In this document: positions 25,582-32,000 of the stretch, one piece after another
Layout: each line of letters opens with the position of its first letter
Position numbering within the stretch: the first letter of the stretch is position 1
Program-made: the position numbers and the translations under genes
NCBI GenBank assembly: GCA_041659405.1
Contig: JBAZYK010000013.1
Coordinates: forward strand, 22,325 to 54,324
Origin: Candidatus Altimarinota bacterium
Lineage (GTDB): Bacteria > Patescibacteriota > Gracilibacteria > UBA1369
Direction of reading: 5' to 3'
DNA: 32,000 nucleotides
Notes under the pieces: model-generated
The model's input: only the letters and a program-made list of their open reading frames with translations
Database searches by the model: none
Told to the model about the DNA's origin: nothing

Positions 25582-26229
25582 ATGAACATAAGCAATTTAA
25601 GAAACAATAAGCGCGCCATCCTTTGGATCATGGCGATTGATGCGGCCCTGGCCATTTCTTCCACGGTTGTTGATTGGCCATGGTTGATTCGTGTTCCACG
25701 TAACCTGATAATTTTTGCTCCGATTTGTTCGCTTTATCCGCTGCTTTTGCTCATCTGGCTGACACTGCATTATTTCCAAAAAAAAATCCCCACCTGGTTT
25801 ACAACTTTTTTGTTTATGGGACTTGTGAGCTACGGAATTATGTCTTACATCTATTTCCCTTTGTACATGAGCTGGACCGGCATCAACTTCCACGATGTTG
25901 GTAGCATTTTATGGGTTACAGCCTATGCAATTCAGGCCTTCATCATCGCGCCGGATCTTAAAAAAATCCCGTGGTATCAGTACCTTATTATTTTTGGTTA
26001 TTTCTTTTTGAAAGATTATTCCGATCGTTATTGGGGAACTTTTTTAGATGTTTTATTGGATAGTTATCCGGAATATCTAAAACTTGGCTTCACCATTAGC
26101 GTAGTTACACTTCATAGTTTTGCCGCAGGATTAATTCTGTATTTTGGATTTTCTAATTCGAAGCAGAAGCTTTCACCGGTACAGGAGCCACAGCCGGTGC
26201 AGACATTTGAAAAGCAGGAATTGCTTTAG
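25582..26229 (+). CDS. Polytopic membrane protein, function unknown
   Basis: A 215 aa protein with about six hydrophobic helices, rich in Trp/Tyr/Phe. I cannot assign a family confidently from the sequence alone. Confidence 0.6.
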   Translation: MNISNLRNNKRAILWIMAIDAALAISSTVVDWPWLIRVPRNLIIFAPICSLYPLLLLIWLTLHYFQKKIPTWFTTFLFMGLVSYGIMSYIYFPLYMSWTGINFHDVGSILWVTAYAIQAFIIAPDLKKIPWYQYLIIFGYFFLKDYSDRYWGTFLDVLLDSYPEYLKLGFTISVVTLHSFAAGLILYFGFSNSKQKLSPVQEPQPVQTFEKQELL

Positions 26230-27916
26230 TCAAAGGCCCCGCGGCAGGAGTAGCAGATCTGGGCACAGTAGTCGCAGCAGGTACAGGAACTTTTGTAGTT
26301 GGTACGATTGGGACGAGCATATTGTAGCTCTGACCCGGACTCAGGTTAGAACTCTGAAAACCATTATCCAAACTCAATCCCGTTGGGCCGGAAAGCTCGA
26401 TTGGAGCTCTTTGAACTTTGGCCTGATCACCGGTAATTCTGCTTAAATATTTTTGAGGCAACGTACTAATCGGCAAATAAGAAAGCGGCATATAATCCAA
26501 AGGATCAACATGTAATCCGCCTTTAATGACTTCAAAATGCAAATGCGCGCCGGTTGTCATCGCGCCCGCACCTTTAGTTCCCGGCGTTCCTCCGGACAGA
26601 CCAATTGTTTGTCCCTGAATAATTTTTTGGCCATTCTGAACCAGAATTTGGGAAACGTGCCCATATAAAGTCATAAATCCACCAGAATGAGCCAAAATAA
26701 CATAGCTGTATCCAAAGCCATTATCGCGTGTTTTATAAACCACGCCATCCGCCGGAGCATGAATCGCCGTACCCTGATTTATTGGAATATCAATGGCCTG
26801 ATGCTCCATTCCCATAACCACTCTATAAGCTTGATCATGAAAATAAGCGCTAAGTCCACGATTTGGACTAACCGGCCAACGTGGATTAAATCCATCAATA
26901 GCCTGTGTGTTGCGAATATAATCGTAAACCGAAGTTGTATCCTTCCCCAAAACAGCCTGATAATCGTTTGGATTAAATTTATCCCCAAGTTCATTAATTT
27001 TCTTTTGGATAAACGACAAATTATCACGCAAGGACTGAATATCCTTTAAAGTCTGATCTTCCTGCTGTTTAGACTGATCCAATAACTGCTGGTAAATTTC
27101 CTGTTGGCCCTGTGTTTCCGCCAAGAGTTGGGCTTTACCCTGTTTTTGGATTTCCAGATTTTTGCGTTCGCTATCCAATTGTCTTCCCAGCATTTGCATC
27201 ATATTTCTGGCATTTTCAATCTCTGTTTGGTCGTTTTGCTGCGCCTTAACCAGATTTTCCAATCTGACAAAAATCGTATTTCCGGCATTTTCCAAAACCT
27301 TAAAATAGCGCATTTCCTGCAAAATTTCGCCAACCGGCTTGTCGGATAAAAGCAGTTTTGCCACATTTACAGACTCGTCACTGCCATCATAAACTGCACG
27401 ATCCTGCTGGTACAAAATCTTCACATATTCAAACAACATCTGTTTCTGATTTTCAATTTCCATTTTTTTAATTTGGATATCCTCTTCCAAAGCCACAATG
27501 CGATTTTCTTTATCGCTGATTTGCCATTCAACATTTTTTATAAGATCAGTCGTATTGGCAATTTGATCATCAATATTTTGGAGTTGAGTTTGAAGAGTAA
27601 GAACCTGAGTTTGAATATTTTTCATCTTATCCTGAGTATCATTCATGTTGCGCTTGATGTTGATGTAATCACTTTGCGCAGCCTGTAATTGATCTTTAAC
27701 CTGGGTTAAAAATCCACTTCGTGCAACACCCTGCAGATTTTGGGAAGGATCGGCCTGTTGAGCTTGTGCAGGGTCAGCGACGGTCTGTTGAGCCTGGGCA
27801 GGATCCATCACCGCCTGTTGCGCCAAAATAATTTTCTCGGACGCGCTAAAAGTAATGACAAATGCCAAAAGTGCGCTTAGAATAGTCCAAAATTTGTTTT
27901 TCCTCTGATCTTTCAT
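26153..27916 (-). CDS. Secreted coiled-coil M23 peptidoglycan metalloendopeptidase (EnvC-like architecture, catalytic residues intact)
   Basis: Preferred start is the ATG at 27916 (MKDQRKNKFWTILSALLAFVITFSASE, a signal anchor). About 300 aa of heptad-rich coiled coil follow. The M23 domain has HxxxD (HQAIDI) and HxH (HLHFEV). A Pro/Thr/Ala-rich C-terminal tail of about 110 aa closes the protein. Confidence 0.85.
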   Translation of the reverse strand: MKDQRKNKFWTILSALLAFVITFSASEKIILAQQAVMDPAQAQQTVADPAQAQQADPSQNLQGVARSGFLTQVKDQLQAAQSDYINIKRNMNDTQDKMKNIQTQVLTLQTQLQNIDDQIANTTDLIKNVEWQISDKENRIVALEEDIQIKKMEIENQKQMLFEYVKILYQQDRAVYDGSDESVNVAKLLLSDKPVGEILQEMRYFKVLENAGNTIFVRLENLVKAQQNDQTEIENARNMMQMLGRQLDSERKNLEIQKQGKAQLLAETQGQQEIYQQLLDQSKQQEDQTLKDIQSLRDNLSFIQKKINELGDKFNPNDYQAVLGKDTTSVYDYIRNTQAIDGFNPRWPVSPNRGLSAYFHDQAYRVVMGMEHQAIDIPINQGTAIHAPADGVVYKTRDNGFGYSYVILAHSGGFMTLYGHVSQILVQNGQKIIQGQTIGLSGGTPGTKGAGAMTTGAHLHFEVIKGGLHVDPLDYMPLSYLPISTLPQKYLSRITGDQAKVQRAPIELSGPTGLSLDNGFQSSNLSPGQSYNMLVPIVPTTKVPVPAATTVPRSATPAAGPLTKAIPAFQMSAPAVAPVPVKASASN

Positions 27917-27937
27917 GGTTTTTAAGTTATTCTCAAT

Positions 27938-27966
27938 ATTATAGCGAAAAAACAAAAATTGAACAA
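27938..27966 (-). promoter_or_regulatory. Candidate promoter for the M23 peptidase gene
   Basis: Read on the minus strand: TTGTTC (27966..27961), a 17 nt spacer, then a perfect TATAAT (27943..27938), 21 nt upstream of the ATG at 27916. This argues against the 632 aa extended ORF. Confidence 0.45.
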
Positions 27967-28068
27967 TGCAAGAGGCCGCAAAAAGGTCGCCAGCTAGCGG
28001 AAAGACCTTGCAAATAAGCAATTTTATGGCAAAATGTACCCGCAAGAGCACAAAACCCTAAATTTCCC

Positions 28069-28097
28069 TTGCATCAACTCCAACATTTCAGTAAAAT
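28069..28097 (+). promoter_or_regulatory. Candidate promoter for rpmA
   Basis: TTGCAT (28069..28074), a 17 nt spacer, then TAAAAT (28092..28097). The predicted leader contains the hairpin AGACAT-N10-ATGTCT (28107..28128). Confidence 0.45.
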
Positions 28098-28161
28098 CCC
28101 ACTGCTAGACATACTTTTTGAAGATGTCTCTTACCTAAAGTAATTATTAATTTAAGTTAGT

Positions 28162-28437
28162 ATGGCACATAAAAAAGCCGGAGGTTCTACAAGTAACGGA
28201 CGAGATTCACAAGCCAAAAGACTTGGTGTTAAAATTTTTGGCGGACAAGTTGTACGCGCTGGAAACATCATTATTCGTCAACGTGGAACAAAATGGCATC
28301 CAGGTAAAAACGTTGGTATGGGTAAAGATCACACCATTTTTGCTTTGATTCCTGGAAAGGTTCAGTTTCAGGAGAAGCAACTTAAAAAGTACGATGGTCG
28401 TGTGTTTAAGGACGTTCATGTTAACGTTGTTGCCTAA
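28162..28437 (+). CDS. rpmA: 50S ribosomal protein L27 (bL27)
   Basis: [62 protein letters not shown] is near-consensus bL27. There is no N-terminal propeptide. Confidence 0.97.
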   Translation: MAHKKAGGSTSNGRDSQAKRLGVKIFGGQVVRAGNIIIRQRGTKWHPGKNVGMGKDHTIFALIPGKVQFQEKQLKKYDGRVFKDVHVNVVA

Positions 28438-28486
28438 CCTAAAAGGGCTTTCTTGGTGCACATAAGGCTATATTTTTTCGTAAAGC

Positions 28487-29182
28487 ATGCCTGATTTCGA
28501 GTCATTTTCAGGGGGTAACGACCGTTCGGAAGCAATGGATCCGGCGGCCTTTGAGCGTTTCAAAGAAAGAATGGCGGCGGCCGCAGCTCAACTAAAAGCC
28601 ATTCAGGCAGGGGAGCAAAAACAAAAGAAAAAGGAAGATGAATTGGTGAAAATTCTGTTAAAATTTATTCAAACAGGTCAAAAAAGAGACTTAATGCTGC
28701 TGGTTTCCAGACTTCTGGAACAAAATATACCGGCTGCGTTTATTGTTGGTATTCTTTTGATCAACAATCCGGAAATGCAGCAGGAAATTGGTTTAAAACT
28801 TTTGCCGGCAGGGGACATAGAAGATAAAATTGCCGTCCAGGACCAAAATCAGACTCTGCCGGATCGTTATATGCCGGACCAGACCCTGCCTTTAAAGATT
28901 AAAATTGCCATTGATGCCTGGATTCAGGAAATGATCAAATATGCCTACGAAAAGCCATATCGTCTGGTTGAAACGGGTTTGGATACGGATGGATTAATTA
29001 AACTTCCACTGCTTCAACTCACTATTATTTGTTTGGAGGATTTTTTGATTCAAAACGAGGTTCAATGCGATTATCAAACCCTAAAAAGTTTCATGAGCTT
29101 AATGCTCGAAGGCATTTTTAAGAAAATCCAGGAACAGCTAAAAACCCGCAAAGAGTTAAAGGATGGGACAGACCAAGCCTAA
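28487..29182 (+). CDS. Hypothetical protein (helical, charged N-terminus)
   Basis: A 231 aa ORF 49 nt downstream of rpmA, with coding-like composition. I recognise no motif. Confidence 0.55.
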   Translation: MPDFESFSGGNDRSEAMDPAAFERFKERMAAAAAQLKAIQAGEQKQKKKEDELVKILLKFIQTGQKRDLMLLVSRLLEQNIPAAFIVGILLINNPEMQQEIGLKLLPAGDIEDKIAVQDQNQTLPDRYMPDQTLPLKIKIAIDAWIQEMIKYAYEKPYRLVETGLDTDGLIKLPLLQLTIICLEDFLIQNEVQCDYQTLKSFMSLMLEGIFKKIQEQLKTRKELKDGTDQA

Positions 29183-29244
29183 GCCAAGCCAAGCCGGGCC
29201 GCGCTCATGCCGCAACCTCACTCCATTTCATCCTTGCCAAGCGT

Positions 29245-29490
29245 TTAGGCCTTTTTAAAAAGCCCGCTTTTTTCTATGGCTTCAAAAATTTCATCTTCAG
29301 TTAAACCTTGAAGTTTTTTTATGATGATATATTCGCAAATTTCTTTTACCTCCTCCAAATCTTTCAAAGCAAACTCATGCAAAACTCTTTCCAGTTTTTC
29401 CAAATCCGGCTCGGAAATACTATTTTCCGCACCAAAAATCAAAAAGTAATCCTTAAGCTCTTTTTTAAAATTTTCATCCATAATCAACAA
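29245..29490 (-). CDS. Small acidic hypothetical protein
   Basis: An 81 aa Glu/Lys-rich helical ORF, convergent with the previous gene and immediately downstream of tRNA-His on the same strand. No recognised motif. Confidence 0.45.
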   Translation of the reverse strand: MLIMDENFKKELKDYFLIFGAENSISEPDLEKLERVLHEFALKDLEEVKEICEYIIIKKLQGLTEDEIFEAIEKSGLFKKA

Positions 29491-29516
29491 TTGTTAATTA
29501 CTAATTTTTAATTGAA

Positions 29517-29593
29517 TGGGGTGGCCTATGGGGCTCGAACCCACGACCCTCGGGACCACAACCCGATGCTCTGCCAACTGAGCTAAGGCCACC
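29517..29593 (-). tRNA. tRNA-His (anticodon GUG) with genome-encoded G-1 and 3' CCA
   Basis: The reverse complement is G-GTGGCCT-TA-GCTC-AGTTGGCA-GAGC-A-TCGGG-TTGTGGT-CCCGA-GGGTC-GTGGG-TTCGAGC-CCCAT-AGGCCAC-C-CCA. It folds into a full cloverleaf with a GTG anticodon in a 7 nt loop. The extra 5' G pairs with discriminator C73, the bacterial tRNA-His hallmark. Confidence 0.95.
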
Positions 29594-29616
29594 ATGCTGG
29601 CTGTTTTTGCTGGGAA

Positions 29617-29645
29617 ATTATATATAAAGCGCCGGGAAAACACAA
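29617..29645 (-). promoter_or_regulatory. Candidate promoter for tRNA-His
   Basis: Read on the minus strand: TTGTGT (29645..29640), a 17 nt spacer, then a perfect TATAAT (29622..29617), about 23 nt upstream of the mature tRNA 5' end. Confidence 0.55.
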
Positions 29646-29734
29646 ACCGCTTTTTTGCGCGCCCGCGACCGGAAATATTCCACTTCCCAAATCATTCCTC
29701 CTAAACTTCTGCATCCTGCGTCCGGATACACCAA

Positions 29735-29767
29735 GACACCCCCCGAAACTTGCAGGGGGCGTCTTTT
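29735..29767 (+). terminator. GC-rich hairpin with a T-tract (intrinsic-terminator-like, possibly bidirectional)
   Basis: GACACCCCC (29735..29743), an 11 nt loop, GGGGGCGTC (29755..29763), then TTTTGGG. One A/C mismatch on the + strand becomes a G-U pair on the minus strand. It lies about 130 nt downstream of the minus-strand metallopeptidase stop codon and upstream of the tRNA-His promoter. Confidence 0.5.
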
Positions 29768-29892
29768 GGGTCTTAGGAGTACCAACGCCCTAGAAAAGCC
29801 TTAGTATCCTAAAAACATGAAGGAATAATCCTTAAACGTAACAAAGTCTCTCTATGGCCTGAGCTTAGCGTATTTCGCCAGCCCGACCTCAT

Positions 29893-30861
29893 CTATGTTC
29901 CAAAAAATTTATTCAGATCGTATGGGATCAACGTAGCATCGTAATTGCGCTCTACCGCGCCCACCTGCGTCGTTATACCCAAACGTTTCTCATCGTCATT
30001 AAAAAACTCTTCACCGTGAAATATCCTAGTTTTCAAATAATTATATTTTGCCTGTAACACCTTATTTTGAGTTCCCAATTTTCTGAACTCTCCTCCGTGT
30101 AGTATATAGTAATTATATGTTTCTGCAAAGTCTTCAAACGGATCACTCATTGCATAACCGGAAACAAAGTCCATTCTGGAAGCATCTGGTCTTAATGTTT
30201 TCTCATCCAGAAAGCTCAAACTGTAAAATTCCAAACTCGGATCGTCTTTGTAAACAGGGTTATTTCCATCTTGGAAATCGCTTTCTTCAGATGAAGAATT
30301 TCCTTCCACAACGCCCGTATCTACAATGTGTCCCATTTCATGTACCAAAACCGATACAAGTTCCGTGTCCGTAACTCCAACACATCTTAAAATGACGGTA
30401 GAGCCTCCGCCAAGCCCACGACGTGCATCCGCAGAAAATGACAATGTCAGATTTTGGAGATGAGCTGTGGCTTTTTTGGGGAGACTTAAGAGTGTCCGAT
30501 AAGCCAGAGATTCGCAATGATTCAAAGAACCGGTAGAATCTGAACTAACAGATTCTGGGCCAGAGTGAAGATTTATGCCAAGATTTTCGATTCCTTTGGC
30601 ATAATTATCGTCACCAACATTACTGCCCGAAACAAATTGATTATACTCAATATATTTAGTCTTAGCAAGCGCATTGTTTTCAAGGAGCTGGTTTAGTGAA
30701 GAGCCCAGTGTTGCTATGCTTGAGCCATTAAAGCCTGCTGTGTTCGCGCTTCCTGCGGAGGAAATTGATGCTTGCAGACTTGACGTTGACGGTCCTGCAA
30801 ACCCAATCAAATTCCAGAGCAAAATCCAAAGGTTAAAGAATGTTACGAATTGTTTAGTCAT
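29893..30861 (-). CDS. Secreted HExxH zinc metallopeptidase, family unassigned
   Basis: N-terminal signal peptide (FVTFFNLWILLWNLIGFAG). The zinc site is VLVHEMGHIVD, and a downstream acidic helix SDPFEDFAETYNYY could supply the third ligand, as in gluzincins. Confidence 0.65.
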   Translation of the reverse strand: MTKQFVTFFNLWILLWNLIGFAGPSTSSLQASISSAGSANTAGFNGSSIATLGSSLNQLLENNALAKTKYIEYNQFVSGSNVGDDNYAKGIENLGINLHSGPESVSSDSTGSLNHCESLAYRTLLSLPKKATAHLQNLTLSFSADARRGLGGGSTVILRCVGVTDTELVSVLVHEMGHIVDTGVVEGNSSSEESDFQDGNNPVYKDDPSLEFYSLSFLDEKTLRPDASRMDFVSGYAMSDPFEDFAETYNYYILHGGEFRKLGTQNKVLQAKYNYLKTRIFHGEEFFNDDEKRLGITTQVGAVERNYDATLIPYDLNKFFGT

Positions 30862-31075
30862 AGGTACAAAAGAAATTCTCGGTTGAGTTTTTCTTTTTGT
30901 TTAATGACTAGTGATAGACCACTTTATTTTTGGGTCTTCGCCTTCTCCATTAGATTTTGTTCCGGGACTTGATTTTAGATTTTTTAACGAAATTTTTTCT
31001 GATCGATCCGATTACCGATGAGGATGATTTTTCCATTCCATCGCCACCATGTTTTCGGATTTTTCAGAAGATGTA

Positions 31076-31103
31076 ATTATAACAAGAATTTAAGATAAGT
31101 CAA
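31076..31103 (-). promoter_or_regulatory. Near-consensus extended -10 promoter about 210 nt upstream of the metallopeptidase gene
   Basis: Read on the minus strand: TTGACT (31103..31098), a 16 nt spacer ending in TGT, then TATAAT (31081..31076). Confidence 0.45.
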
Positions 31104-31112
31104 GGAAAACAT

Positions 31113-31811
31113 TTACTTGATGTACTTTAAAGCACCTGCAGCGGTTCCAAAAACCATCGGCAATTTAATCCACCACGGAACTCTCCCCCCGCCTATTACG
31201 GTTACTCCACCTTCAGCCAGCGCAGCTAACACCATTGGAGTCATTGGCAAATCAAAAGCAATACCAAGGAGCCCCAATACAAGCATAATTCCGGCTTCAG
31301 TCCAGCCTTCAGTTTCAAGATCTTTTCGTCTAATTACCCCAATAATCAGAGCCATTAAACCCAAATTTAAAACCCAAGGAGAAACATCGGCTGTTGCTTT
31401 GACTATCTTATCTCCTCCTGCTTTTACAACCTCGGTCGTATCAAAATACGCTCCAGATATTCTATCGGAAATCGTAGGTTCAGGATGACGATATCCCGGC
31501 ACGGATGCCCTTTCGCGATCTTGTTTTTCAGCTTGTGCTTGGGCTGCAGGGCCGAATCCCGAAGTATGAGAGTCTTTTGGAGGCTCTATTCCACATCCGG
31601 AAAGCAACAAGCCACCAGACAATAATAGTGGGGCTAACTTAGTTGATATTGCAGACATCGCACTTGTAATACGTGCCCTGGTTTCAGGGGAATCATCCAG
31701 AGTTTTGCCTGAAGAAGGCATTAGTTCGGTTCCGGTAGCGCTCATTTCAGATAACCCAGGTTGTAAATTGTGTGCAGCTTCCATAAGTATGCTTATTAAA
31801 GAAGCATACAT
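31113..31811 (-). CDS. Putative lipoprotein with C-terminal transmembrane helices, function unknown
   Basis: The internal Met52 (ATG at 31658) begins MSAISTKLAPLLLSGGLLLSGCG, a signal peptide with the canonical lipobox LSGC. The shorter form 31113..31658 may therefore be the real gene. The C-terminal third is hydrophobic and Gly-rich. GC content is visibly higher than in the rest of the window. Confidence 0.55.
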   Translation of the reverse strand: MYASLISILMEAAHNLQPGLSEMSATGTELMPSSGKTLDDSPETRARITSAMSAISTKLAPLLLSGGLLLSGCGIEPPKDSHTSGFGPAAQAQAEKQDRERASVPGYRHPEPTISDRISGAYFDTTEVVKAGGDKIVKATADVSPWVLNLGLMALIIGVIRRKDLETEGWTEAGIMLVLGLLGIAFDLPMTPMVLAALAEGGVTVIGGGRVPWWIKLPMVFGTAAGALKYIK

Positions 31812-32000
31812 TAATGCAAAAGCACGAAAAAGTCAACCGGAAGTCTAACTTAAGGTAACAAGTTCGCAAGAACAGGATCATACGCTTTTTGGTTTGAATA
31901 AATTAAATCGCTAGACATAGAGCTGAACAATGCGATATAAAAAGAAATCAACATCACTCACCCCACGAACCAGTAATCTGAATCCTTTTAATCTGGCATT

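Noticed and set aside
25778-25786. Homopolymer tracts inside genes considered as slipped-strand phase-variation sites: A9 in the 25582 membrane protein, A8 at about 12202 in the MacB ATPase, and T8 at about 16854 in apbE.
   Set aside because: Tracts of 8-9 A/T are expected in AT-rich Lys/Phe-rich coding sequence. All genes are in frame, and there is no enrichment near 5' ends.
28008-28021. TTGCAAATAAGCAA between the M23 and rpmA genes resembles the candidate Zur-box half-site.
   Set aside because: Only the TTGCAA hexamer and a 4 bp inverted repeat are shared. It lacks the TGCAATA-N3-TTGC core and does not overlap either predicted promoter.
27917-28051. A 45-codon N-terminal extension of the M23 peptidase ORF (track start 28051).
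   Set aside because: The extension runs through a TTGTTC-17-TATAAT promoter. The internal Met at 27916 gives a proper signal anchor (MKDQRKNKFWTILSALLAFVITF).
29175-29195. An AAGCC pentanucleotide microsatellite (AAGCC-T-AAGCC-AAGCC-AAGCC) spanning the stop codon of the 28487..29182 gene; considered as a possible phase-variation tract.
   Set aside because: There are only three perfect tandem units, and they lie after the TAA stop. Slippage would not alter the protein, so this is most likely chance.
31961-31971. CCCCACGAACC near the window end resembles the T-arm region of tRNA-His (CCCACGACCC, 29541..29550); considered as a possible att-type direct repeat of an island.
   Set aside because: It is only a 10-of-11 match. 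That is expected by chance in 64 kb of two-strand sequence, and it does not correspond to the tRNA 3' end that integrases normally duplicate.
1-32000. Alternative genetic code (UGA recoding, as in some candidate phyla).
   Set aside because: TGA terminates well-defined genes at the expected family length (hsdR at 1396..1398, the ECF sigma at 8244..8246). All family-recognisable ORFs are full length under the standard code.
1-32000. Search for CRISPR arrays, IS elements or transposases, integrases, rRNA genes, toxin-antitoxin pairs and reverse transcriptases.
   Set aside because: I found no regularly spaced direct repeats, terminal inverted repeats, or ORFs with the corresponding catalytic motifs. 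The only RNA gene I can support is tRNA-His.

Overview
This is a compact, AT-rich bacterial chromosomal window (about 40% GC by eye). It uses the standard genetic code, since TGA and TAA both end long ORFs. I call 35 protein-coding genes and one tRNA-His. Genes are tightly packed, with many 4-17 nt same-strand overlaps and three convergent 3'-end overlaps, and almost none has a recognisable Shine-Dalgarno motif. That style fits a small-genome lineage such as CPR/Patescibacteria, but the lineage call is inference only.

Gene content, left to right:
- 3' part of an EcoEI-type hsdR, then an ABC-F ATPase.
- A minus-strand operon: tandem CxxC-x17-CxxC zinc-ribbon/RGG protein, recQ, engB.
- A znuA-like metal-binding lipoprotein.
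- An ECF sigma / anti-sigma pair, followed by a secreted protein and a MacA/MacB-type efflux system.
- A minus-strand operon: RnfG/NqrC-like FMN-binding protein, ApbE, truncated RnfD/NqrB-like membrane protein, ABC-2 exporter.
- gshA-gshB-zur, convergent with znuBC.
- A YibE/F membrane protein, a PEBP/YbhB protein, nth, a membrane protein, and a coiled-coil M23 peptidase.
- A solitary rpmA, two hypothetical genes, and tRNA-His.
- A more GC-rich segment with a secreted HExxH metallopeptidase and a lipoprotein.

I saw no CRISPR array, transposase, integrase or rRNA.

Most interesting observations:
1. A minimal Rnf/Nqr-like flavinylation module, translationally coupled to an ABC-2 exporter.
2. 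The RGG/zinc-ribbon gene leading the recQ operon.
3. A shared operator-like motif (TGCAATA-N3-TTGCr) sitting exactly in the -35/-10 spacer of both the znuA and znuCB promoters, 16 kb apart.
4. A glutathione biosynthesis pair apparently co-transcribed with zur.
5. A compositional break at tRNA-His.

All homology calls come from motif recognition by eye. No database search was run.
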